Source: Candidatus Baldrarchaeota archaeon
Lineage (GTDB): Archaea > Asgardarchaeota > Baldrarchaeia > Baldrarchaeales > DXJG01
Reading direction: 5' to 3'
Length of the DNA stretch: 32,000 nt
Assembly: GCA_019056805.1 (NCBI GenBank)
Contig: DXJG01000002.1
Span: 60,517-92,516 of the forward strand
Below are positions 1 through 7,771 of the stretch, piece by piece. Position numbers and translations under genes: made by a program. A model generated the notes under the pieces. That model had not been told where the DNA came from. It saw nothing but the letters and a program-made list of their open reading frames with translations, and did not search any database. How positions within the stretch are numbered: the first letter of the stretch is position 1; the number at the start of each line of letters is the position of its first letter.

Positions 1-1
1 T

Positions 2-775
2 TATTCAACCTCTTCAAAAGGTCTTGCCGAAGACTACCAGGACTTGCTTTTAACTCTTGGAATACATTCTCGAATATGCAAAGATGTTTATGATTTACCA
101 AAAGGGCAATTAAAACGATACCGTTACAAAGTCTACATAACTGGAGATAGCCTGAAAAAATTTGTAGACATTGTCATTCCTGAGCTTAAGTCACACGAAA
201 AACTCAAAAAACTTGTTGAGAGGAGTGAAAGAATTAACAGAAAGCACGATGTTTTACCACCGTACGTTGGAACGATGATAATAAAATGTCTAAAAAAGCT
301 TGGCATGCCTTATAACGGTTACTTTAACGAACATATAAACGGAAATTACGGAATAACAAGAGAAGTTGTGAATAGATATTTGAATATCATCGAAAGCAAG
401 ATCAAAGAACTTGAAAAAGATATCAGAAATATAAATGATCTGCGAAAACTAAGGCAAACAATTGGTTATTCTCAAGCTAAAGTCGCAAAACTGATTAATG
501 TAGCAAGAAGTACAATTGACTACATGGAAAGAGGCGGTTACGACTCAGAGAAAAGAAATAAACTGATACACGAGTTTAAAACGGCAGTATTAAAGGAAAT
601 TGAGGAAACAAAAGAAATAGTCAATAAGATCAAAAAGTTAAAGAAATTTAGATGGCTAAGAGTAAAAAACGTAGAAATTGTAGATAACTGTGGAGAATTA
701 AAAACAGAATGGGTCTATGATGTTACAGTGGAGCCAACAAGGAATTTCATAAGTCATGGACTTATACTTCACAAT
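2..775 (+). mobile_element. MCM intein, C-terminal part: LAGLIDADG endonuclease tail, XRE-type HTH, splicing blocks F and G
   Basis: STSSKGLAEDYQDLLLTLGI is a typical intein-endonuclease segment. LRKLRQTIGYSQAKVAKLINVARSTIDYMERG is HTH_3-like. WVYDVTVEPTRNFISHGLILHN|T gives the splice junction with His-Asn at 770-775 and +1 Thr at 776. Confidence 0.93.
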
Positions 776-1567
776 ACAATTAGTATTGCCAAGGCTGGTA
801 TTATTGCTACTCTTAATGCGCGTACGGCTATTTTGGCTGCTGCTAATCCTAAGCTTGGTAGGTATGATCCTTATAGGCCTCCGGTGGATAATATAAATCT
901 TCCACCGACAATTTTGTCTCGTTTTGATTTGATTTTTATTTTGACGGATAGGCCTAGGGTGGAGGTAGATAAGCAGGTGGCTGAGCATATTCTTGCTTTG
1001 CACCAGATGAGGACTGTGGAGCCGCCGATACCTCCTGATCTTCTTCGAAAATATATTGCATATGCTAGGAAAAATGTTCATCCAGTGTTAACTCCTGAAG
1101 CTGCACAAAAAATTGAGCAGTTCTATTTGGAGCTCAGAAGTGTAGGTGAGGCTCCAACGTCTCCTGTACCGATAACAGCAAGGCAGTTAGAAGCTTTGAT
1201 TAGATTAGCTGAGGCTCATGCAAGGATGGCTCTCAGAGATAAGGTAACTGTCGAGGATGCTGAGGAAGCAATACGTCTCATGAAGCTGTCCTTGCAACAA
1301 GTAGGAATTGATAGTGAGACAGGTCAACTTGATATAGACCTAATAATGACAGGACACAGTAAATCGCAGAGAGATAAGATGGAAAAAATATTAGATTTAA
1401 TAGACGAATTAGGAGAAGAACCAGACAAAGCTGTTCCAATATCTAAACTCATTGAAAGAGCAAGCATAGAAAACATTGATGAGGATTTCGTTAAAAGAGC
1501 TGTAGAACGAATGAAAAAGGAAGGCATACTCTTCGAACCAAAGCCTGGCTATGTCAAAAAAGCTTAA
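2..1567 (+). CDS. mcm: Replicative helicase MCM, 3' part (5'-truncated by window), intein-containing
   Basis: Frame is open from position 2. After the intein end come the MCM motifs TISIAKAGIIATLNARTAILAAANP, arginine-finger LSRFDLIF, ITARQLEALIRLAEAHARMAL and a C-terminal winged helix. Confidence 0.97.
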   Translation, partial: YSTSSKGLAEDYQDLLLTLGIHSRICKDVYDLPKGQLKRYRYKVYITGDSLKKFVDIVIPELKSHEKLKKLVERSERINRKHDVLPPYVGTMIIKCLKKLGMPYNGYFNEHINGNYGITREVVNRYLNIIESKIKELEKDIRNINDLRKLRQTIGYSQAKVAKLINVARSTIDYMERGGYDSEKRNKLIHEFKTAVLKEIEETKEIVNKIKKLKKFRWLRVKNVEIVDNCGELKTEWVYDVTVEPTRNFISHGLILHNTISIAKAGIIATLNARTAILAAANPKLGRYDPYRPPVDNINLPPTILSRFDLIFILTDRPRVEVDKQVAEHILALHQMRTVEPPIPPDLLRKYIAYARKNVHPVLTPEAAQKIEQFYLELRSVGEAPTSPVPITARQLEALIRLAEAHARMALRDKVTVEDAEEAIRLMKLSLQQVGIDSETGQLDIDLIMTGHSKSQRDKMEKILDLIDELGEEPDKAVPISKLIERASIENIDEDFVKRAVERMKKEGILFEPKPGYVKKA

Positions 1568-1586
1568 CATACGGGGGAAATAGAGA

Positions 1587-4500
1587 ATTAAAATAAAAGA
1601 ACTGAATATACCTCAAAAAGTGAAAAAAATATTTCTTTCACAGGGAATAACAAGTTTATATCCCCCACAAGAAGAAGCTATCAAAAGGGGCGCTCTTAAC
1701 CATGAAAACCTAGTTTTAGCTATACCAACAGCATCTGGGAAAACTCTTGTAGCAGAACTAGCAATGCTAAAATCGATAATTGAAGAGGGAGGTAAAGCCC
1801 TATATTTAGTGCCCTTAAGAGCTTTGGCCAACGAAAAGTATGATGAATTTAAAAAATACGAACAAATAGGAGTAAAAGTAGCAGTCTCTACAGGCGATTA
1901 TGATTCATCAGATAAATGGCTCGAAAACTATGATATTATAATTTGCTCCGTTGACTATAACGAACCTATAGTTATCAAGGAAAACGGGGTAGTAAAAAGT
2001 ATTAGAATAGGAGAGTTCGTAGATAAATTAATGGAAAAATCAAATAAAATAACTTTTACAAATGGATGTGAAGTTCTAGATATTTCGGACCTTAACTATG
2101 AAACTTTAGCATTTGACCCTCAAGACTACAGTATAGGCTTTAAAAAAATTAGCAAGATAATTCGACACAAAATAACAGAACCACTCTACAAACTATACCT
2201 TGAGACCGAAAGAGAAATAACCGTAACAAGCAGTCACAGTGTTTATGTCCTTGAAAATCTGAACATAAAAGCAAAAAGGGTATCCGAAATCCAAGTAGGA
2301 GATTACGTACTTATTCCTCGAAGACTCCCCATCCAGGCCATTGACACCAAGTCGAAAATAAATCCTTTTACTTTTACACAAATACCAGAAACACATCCAG
2401 CTTGTATGCTACCAGCAGATCAAGTAATTTCAATATTAAAACACTTAAACAATAAATTATTTACTCACTTTACAGAAAGAATCAGCAGAGAACATATTCT
2501 CAACATGTTAAATTCCATAAAAATCAAAATTCTCGATATACTAACAAAACACAAGAAACTTAATAGTAGAGATATATCCTCACTTTTAAAGATTCACCAC
2601 ATCAAAATAAACCCTTATCTACGATTTCTACTGAAAAAAGGATTAATAAAAAGGAACGAAGACAGCAATGATCCCTTCTATAGTATATCCAAAAAAGGAT
2701 TAGCCCTACTTGAAAAAATTAAAAAATTAAAAAGAGTCTTAAATTCAGATTTCGCATTTGCAAAAGTTAAGAAAATTGTCCAAGTATCCTCTTCATCAAA
2801 CTATGTGTATGATGTATCTGTTCCAGGTTGCGAAAATTTCATCGCTGGGCTTGGCGGGGTTATATGTCACAATACAAATGAGAAAGCAGATTCGCTTCTA
2901 CGACACCATTCCCCATGGCTTAGTAAACTTACCGTGATAGTTGCCGATGAAATCCATCTAATTAATGATCCCCATAGAGGCCCAACTTTAGAAGTAGTGC
3001 TAGCTAGACTGCGGCAAGTAAATCCAAATGCTCAATTTTTAGCTTTAAGCGCAACAATAAAAAACGCAGAAGAAATTGCAAACTGGCTAAACGCTAAACT
3101 AGTACTAAGCAATTGGCGACCAGTAATTCTAAAAGAAGGAATATATGATGGAGAGATTATCGAGTTTAATGATGGCACCGTAAAAAAACCTAAAAGATTT
3201 GACAGTAATCCCGTAGTTTCACTCGCTATAGATACAGTGTACGATGGAGGACAATCTCTTATTTTTCTCGGCACTCGCAGATCAGCCGTAAGCATGGCAA
3301 CAAAAACAGCAAAAATCTTACCAAAACTTTTGTCAAAATCATTGCAAAGGACACTTGCAGAAGTAGCAGACGAAATTCTGAGGAGAGGAACCAGAACACA
3401 GCAAAGTGAGAAATTGGCCGAACTAGTTAAGCGAGGTGTTGCTTTCCACCATGCTGGTCTACACTACGAGCATAGAAAAATAATTGAAGACACTTTCAGA
3501 CAAAATATTATAAAAATAATTTGTGCAACACCGACTTTAGCCGCTGGAGTAAATCTTCCAGCTCGACGAGTCATAATAAGAGATTATTACCGCTATGAAT
3601 CAGATTTAGGTCGTTACCCTATTCCAATATTAGAATATAAACAACAAGCAGGAAGAGCGGGAAGACCAAAGTATGACAAAGTTGGAGAGGCTATATTGAT
3701 AGCTAAAAGCGAGGAAGAAAAAAGACAACTATTCGAAACCTACATATTTGGCGAACCCGAAAAAATCTGGTCAAAACTTGCAAATGAACAAGCACTAAGA
3801 ACACATGTTCTGTCAACCATCTCCGCGGGATATGCAAACAGCGAAAAATCTCTTTTAAAATTTATAAATGAAACATTTTACGCCTATCAATATGATCCCG
3901 AAGATATAAGATCTGTTATAAGAAAGATTTTGAACTTTTTAACTATTGAAAAACTTTTAGTGAAAACAAATCAAACATTCTTACCAACACCATTAGGTAA
4001 AAGAACATCCGAGCTTTACATCGACCCCCTCACAACTGTGACTATACGTGAAGGCATATTAAACGCTAAAAAAGAAAAGATTACCCCTCTATCTATTTTA
4101 CACCTGATTTCTCATACTCCTGATATGGTAAAATTATATCTTCGTCGTAAAGATTACCAAAAATTCATGGAGATCGTAGATTTACATCACAGTGAATTCT
4201 TAGTAGAGGTACCAGATTATTTAACTCAACCCACTGAATACGAATGGTTCCTTTCAGAAGTTAAAGTAGCTCAACTTCTACAAGACTGGATAGATGAAAA
4301 AACAGAAGACGAAATACTTCAAAATTACGGGATAGGATCAGGAGATCTTCTCAGAATAGTTGAAACGGCAGATTGGCTCCTTTATGCTACTGAAGAAATA
4401 GCAAAAATAATTAAACGAGACGACTTAATTTCGGAGATATGGAAAATACGGCAAAGAGTAAAACATGGCGTAAGAGAAGAATTATTGGAACTAGTTCGTC

Positions 4501-4727
4501 TTAAGGGAATTGGAAGGGTAAGAGCAAGAATACTTTATAGATACGGATTCAAATCCATTTTCGACTTACAAAAAGCAACAACAAAAGAACTACTATCCTT
4601 ACCATTAATTGGGCCGGAAATCGTCAAAAACATAAAAAAACAAATCGGTGGAAATATCACAGAAAGTGATATAGCATTACTAAAAGAAGAAGAGAAAAAA
4701 CAAAAAAGACTAACGGACTATAGTTAA
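1587..4727 (+). CDS. hel308: Ski2-like SF2 helicase Hel308/Hjm with intein; start likely ATT 1587 (ORF track uses GTG 1620)
   Basis: LYPPQ, Walker A IPTASGKT, ADEIH, LSATI, AFHHAGL, ATPTLAAGVNLPARRV, QQAGRAGRP and C-terminal HhH LKGIGRVRAR. In-frame upstream codons IKIKELNIPQKV resemble the usual Hel308 N-terminus. Confidence 0.95.
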   Translation: MKIKELNIPQKVKKIFLSQGITSLYPPQEEAIKRGALNHENLVLAIPTASGKTLVAELAMLKSIIEEGGKALYLVPLRALANEKYDEFKKYEQIGVKVAVSTGDYDSSDKWLENYDIIICSVDYNEPIVIKENGVVKSIRIGEFVDKLMEKSNKITFTNGCEVLDISDLNYETLAFDPQDYSIGFKKISKIIRHKITEPLYKLYLETEREITVTSSHSVYVLENLNIKAKRVSEIQVGDYVLIPRRLPIQAIDTKSKINPFTFTQIPETHPACMLPADQVISILKHLNNKLFTHFTERISREHILNMLNSIKIKILDILTKHKKLNSRDISSLLKIHHIKINPYLRFLLKKGLIKRNEDSNDPFYSISKKGLALLEKIKKLKRVLNSDFAFAKVKKIVQVSSSSNYVYDVSVPGCENFIAGLGGVICHNTNEKADSLLRHHSPWLSKLTVIVADEIHLINDPHRGPTLEVVLARLRQVNPNAQFLALSATIKNAEEIANWLNAKLVLSNWRPVILKEGIYDGEIIEFNDGTVKKPKRFDSNPVVSLAIDTVYDGGQSLIFLGTRRSAVSMATKTAKILPKLLSKSLQRTLAEVADEILRRGTRTQQSEKLAELVKRGVAFHHAGLHYEHRKIIEDTFRQNIIKIICATPTLAAGVNLPARRVIIRDYYRYESDLGRYPIPILEYKQQAGRAGRPKYDKVGEAILIAKSEEEKRQLFETYIFGEPEKIWSKLANEQALRTHVLSTISAGYANSEKSLLKFINETFYAYQYDPEDIRSVIRKILNFLTIEKLLVKTNQTFLPTPLGKRTSELYIDPLTTVTIREGILNAKKEKITPLSILHLISHTPDMVKLYLRRKDYQKFMEIVDLHHSEFLVEVPDYLTQPTEYEWFLSEVKVAQLLQDWIDEKTEDEILQNYGIGSGDLLRIVETADWLLYATEEIAKIIKRDDLISEIWKIRQRVKHGVREELLELVRLKGIGRVRARILYRYGFKSIFDLQKATTKELLSLPLIGPEIVKNIKKQIGGNITESDIALLKEEEKKQKRLTDYS
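1947..2873 (+). mobile_element. Intein in Hel308 (309 aa), no homing endonuclease motifs, internal winged-helix domain
   Basis: Exteins DIIIC and TNEKADSLLRH rejoin into the conserved helicase motif. Block A SVDYNEPIVI, block B TVTSSHSVY, block F YVYDVSVPGCENFIAG, block G VICHN|T. Confidence 0.93.
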
Positions 4728-4789
4728 CAAGTTTCTAAAACTCAATACCTATCAAACAAAATAAACCTTAATTTGATTTGGTGTTAAAT

Positions 4790-6166
4790 ATGGAAGAAGA
4801 AAAACACTTTATAGTTCACCCAATTGATTACCGATATGGTAGCTATGAAATGAAAAAAGTCTTTGATAGAGAAAACTGGCTACAAAAAATGTTGAAAGTA
4901 GAAGCAGCATTAGCAAGAGCCCATGCAGAAGTTGGAAATATTCCTATGGAAGCAGCGGAATACATATCCAAGATGGCAACAATTAAACATGTAAAAATTG
5001 AGAAAGTAAACGAAATAGAAAAAGAAATTAAACATGAAACAATGGCGGTTGTAAAGGCACTCACAGAAGTATGTGGACCATACGGGAAATATATTCATTT
5101 AGGAGCAACAAGTTCAGATATTCTAGACACAGTATTAGCCTTACAACTTAAAGAAGCTATCAATCTAATTGAAAAAGATCTGATCGAAATAGCATATTTA
5201 CTAATAGATCTAGCAGAAAAAAACAAAGAAACAATTTGTGTTGGACGAACACATGGACAACATGCAATACCGTATATCCTAGGCCACAAATTTGCAATAT
5301 GGGCATACGAAATCAAGTTACACATAGAAAGATTAAGACAATGTAAAGAGAGAGTATGTGTCGGAAAAATGAGTGGGGCAGTAGGAACTCAAGCCGGATT
5401 TGGAGCAAATGCGCTAAAAATCCAAGAACTTACTATGAAATATTTAGGCATAAAACCTGCAGAAATATCTTCACAAATAGTACCACGAGACAGATTAGCA
5501 GAATTCATATGTCTACTCGCTTTAATATCAAGTTCACTGGACAAATTTGGAAGAGAGATCAGAAATCTCCAAAGAACAGAAATCCGAGAACTAGAAGAAC
5601 CATTTAGAGAAGAAGTACAAGTCGGATCAAGCACCATGCCCCAAAAAAGAAACCCAATAAACTCCGAAAAAATATGCGGATTAGCAAAAATACTAAGAAG
5701 CCTGGTTATCGCCGCATTGGAAAACGTAGTGATAGAACACGAAAGAGACCTTACAAACAGTTCATGTGAAAGATCAATAATACCAGAAGCGTGCATTCTT
5801 CTAGACGAACAACTAAAAACCATGAAAAAAATCCTCAAAGGACTAAGAATTTACCCAGAAAACATGAAAAGAAACCTTAACCTAACAAAAGGACTAATTA
5901 TGTCTGAGGCAGTTATGTTAACGCTAGTCAAAAAAGGCCTTGGACGACAAGAAGCACACGAAATAGTTAGAAAATGTGCAATGAAAGCATACAAAAACAA
6001 CATGGACTTCTTCGAAGCATTAAAAACCGACAAAAACATCCAAAAATATCTAACGGAAGAAGAAATAAAAGAAGCACTAAACCCATACAACTATACCGGA
6101 ACAGCAAAAATCCAAATAGAAAACATAACAAGACAAATAAGAAACTATTTACAAACAACAAAATAA
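4790..6166 (+). CDS. purB: Adenylosuccinate lyase
   Basis: HLGATSSDILD, GRTHGQHA, signature GSSTMPQKRNP and HERDLTNSS. ATG 4790 follows a GGTG SD-like sequence. Confidence 0.96.
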   Translation: MEEEKHFIVHPIDYRYGSYEMKKVFDRENWLQKMLKVEAALARAHAEVGNIPMEAAEYISKMATIKHVKIEKVNEIEKEIKHETMAVVKALTEVCGPYGKYIHLGATSSDILDTVLALQLKEAINLIEKDLIEIAYLLIDLAEKNKETICVGRTHGQHAIPYILGHKFAIWAYEIKLHIERLRQCKERVCVGKMSGAVGTQAGFGANALKIQELTMKYLGIKPAEISSQIVPRDRLAEFICLLALISSSLDKFGREIRNLQRTEIRELEEPFREEVQVGSSTMPQKRNPINSEKICGLAKILRSLVIAALENVVIEHERDLTNSSCERSIIPEACILLDEQLKTMKKILKGLRIYPENMKRNLNLTKGLIMSEAVMLTLVKKGLGRQEAHEIVRKCAMKAYKNNMDFFEALKTDKNIQKYLTEEEIKEALNPYNYTGTAKIQIENITRQIRNYLQTTK

Positions 6167-6394
6167 CAAAAAATATAACAAAACACCAACCGGTACAACA
6201 AGCGGTTTCCGTGCTTAAAAAATTTCCCAGACCAGACACCTATGAGTAGGGAATCTTGTTACCTTAGTACAAGAATCATACTATTTTTCGCTTAAGAGTT
6301 TTATGTCAAATAAAAGGTTAGGCCACATTAAAACTAATTTCACCCTTTAAAATATTGGTGGGGCCGCCGGGATTTGAACCCGGGACCACCAGCG

Positions 6395-6421
6395 GACTGG
6401 CCTGCTTTTGTTTTTGCAGGT
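6395..6421 (-). other. 27-nt tRNA intron at canonical position 37/38, perfect bulge-helix-bulge
   Basis: Central helix CTGG/CCAG, 3-nt bulges GGA and TCC, intron hairpin CCTGC/GCAGG with a 10-nt loop. Confidence 0.93.
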
Positions 6422-6444
6422 CCCCAGGCTGGCATCCTACCAAG

Positions 6445-6472
6445 TTCTCCGGAAAGTTGTTTCAGCTTTCCC
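6445..6472 (-). other. About 28-nt non-canonical tRNA intron in the D-loop (about 15/16), relaxed bulge-helix-bulge
   Basis: Bulge AGG followed by a perfect 6-bp helix GGAAAG/CTTTCC. Central helix TCT/GGA has 3 of 4 pairs. Excision restores D-loop AGCTTGGTA. Register is uncertain by 1 nt. Confidence 0.8.
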
Positions 6473-6609
6473 CTAGACTACGGCCCCGTTTTTACCTTGT
6501 TTAAGAGTTTCATGTGTTGTTATATCTGTGTTGTATCTGTATGTTTGGGATTTAAGGTTTATCTTGGTTATGTTAAGTTTACTACTGGCTTTGGTTTTAA
6601 TTTATGCAT

Positions 6610-7176
6610 CTATTTTGCTGTTATTTCTTTTAATGTGGTGTATATAGGTCCTTTGGGTGTTAATTGACTTCTCATCAGCTTTACAGATCGTACTTCCATA
6701 TCTCCAAATGTAATGTTTGCTAATTCCATTAGTTTTTTAGATAGTAGCGGTTTCTTCTTGACGAATTTTACTCTAAAAATTGTACAGTGTGGTATGTATT
6801 GTTTTCCTTCCGGTTTAAATCCCAGTTTTTTTAATCCCTTTTCTATATGATTATATATATCTATAATATGTTCGGAACCTTCTCCAGCACCGACCCAAAT
6901 TACTCTAGGTCTACTAAGACTTGGAAACGCGCCTATTCCCTTTACAACGAGTTGAAAAGGAACAAAATCAATTTTCTGTAAAATTCTATATATTTCATCC
7001 ACCTGTTCGCTTGTGATATTTCCTAAAAAACGTATTGTATAATGGAGGTTTTGCGGTTCTACAGGTTTCATTTTTGCGGCATTTATATTTTCTATCTCTT
7101 TTTGTATCTGTACAATTCTATTTACAATCTCTGGTTTATCGATATCTATCGCTATAAATGCTCTAATTCTTTCCAT
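6610..7176 (-). CDS. thpR: RNA 2',3'-cyclic phosphodiesterase (2H phosphoesterase, 2'-5' RNA ligase family)
   Basis: N-terminal RAFIAID, two HxT motifs (LHYTIRF, PHCTIFR), GAFPSLSRPRVIWVG and SQLTPKGPIY. Confidence 0.93.
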   Translation of the reverse strand: MERIRAFIAIDIDKPEIVNRIVQIQKEIENINAAKMKPVEPQNLHYTIRFLGNITSEQVDEIYRILQKIDFVPFQLVVKGIGAFPSLSRPRVIWVGAGEGSEHIIDIYNHIEKGLKKLGFKPEGKQYIPHCTIFRVKFVKKKPLLSKKLMELANITFGDMEVRSVKLMRSQLTPKGPIYTTLKEITAK

Positions 7177-7771
7177 AGTGATCCCTCTTAATACCTCTCT
7201 GTATAAATCTTATATAGCTTTAGAGAAATAAACTCTATTTTTCGCCATATATTTTTTATGAGGGGAGAACTGATTTAACCATAACATGATAAGGGTCATG
7301 ACATCAAAAGCAAATAAGAAAAACATGTTACTTATTATCCTATAGTAAAAGAACGACACTCATCTATTGAAGAACGGTTAAGGGTTGATATCTTTAATTG
7401 ATATTTATCGAAATAGAAATGATAAAGAGAAAAGTTGTGAAAAACAGCGAAGCTTAACAGCACGACGAAGCCAAATTCATTGAATATTTTCTAAGAAATG
7501 TTCTAACTTGCTCGCCTTGTACTATTTCTCACCTTAAGTTTTTCATCAATTAACATAGGTTAATGTTTAAATCTTTAGGTATAACGATATACAAAAAAGT
7601 AAAAAAGAAAAGATAATCGTTAAAAGAATAGACACTAGCAAGAAAAATGCCATGCATTTTAAAAAATAATGTTCCATGTTCATTTTTTTATTTATCGCAA
7701 AAAAATTTAAATTACGTTCGAAGTAAAAAGGAAAGAGAGGGATTAATATGATTCAAATCTGAGGTGGTCAA

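Larger units (their letters stand above)
6356..6487 (-). tRNA. tRNA-Pro(GGG) with two introns and encoded CCA; 77-nt mature tRNA
   Basis: Acceptor stem GGGGCCG/CGGCCCC+ACCA, anticodon arm CCAGC-CTGGGGC-GCTGG, T arm CCGGG-TTCAAAT-CCCGG. Removing 6445-6472 and 6395-6421 gives a canonical cloverleaf. Confidence 0.95.

Noticed and set aside
6167-6355. Possible integration (att) site or element downstream of tRNA-Pro
   Set aside because: No duplicate of the tRNA 3' end and no integrase in the window. Flanking genes are housekeeping. Only weak hairpins such as TCTTGT/ACAAGA.
698-6667. Short ORFs overlapping mcm, hel308, purB and the tRNA (698-1081, 1324-1527, 1613-1831, 2193-2396, 3032-3295, 4843-5325, 5356-5838, 5851-6249, 6374-6667)
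   Set aside because: Antisense or off-frame shadows of well-supported genes with no motifs. The local skew removes stop codons and inflates such ORFs. 6374-6667 runs antisense through the tRNA.
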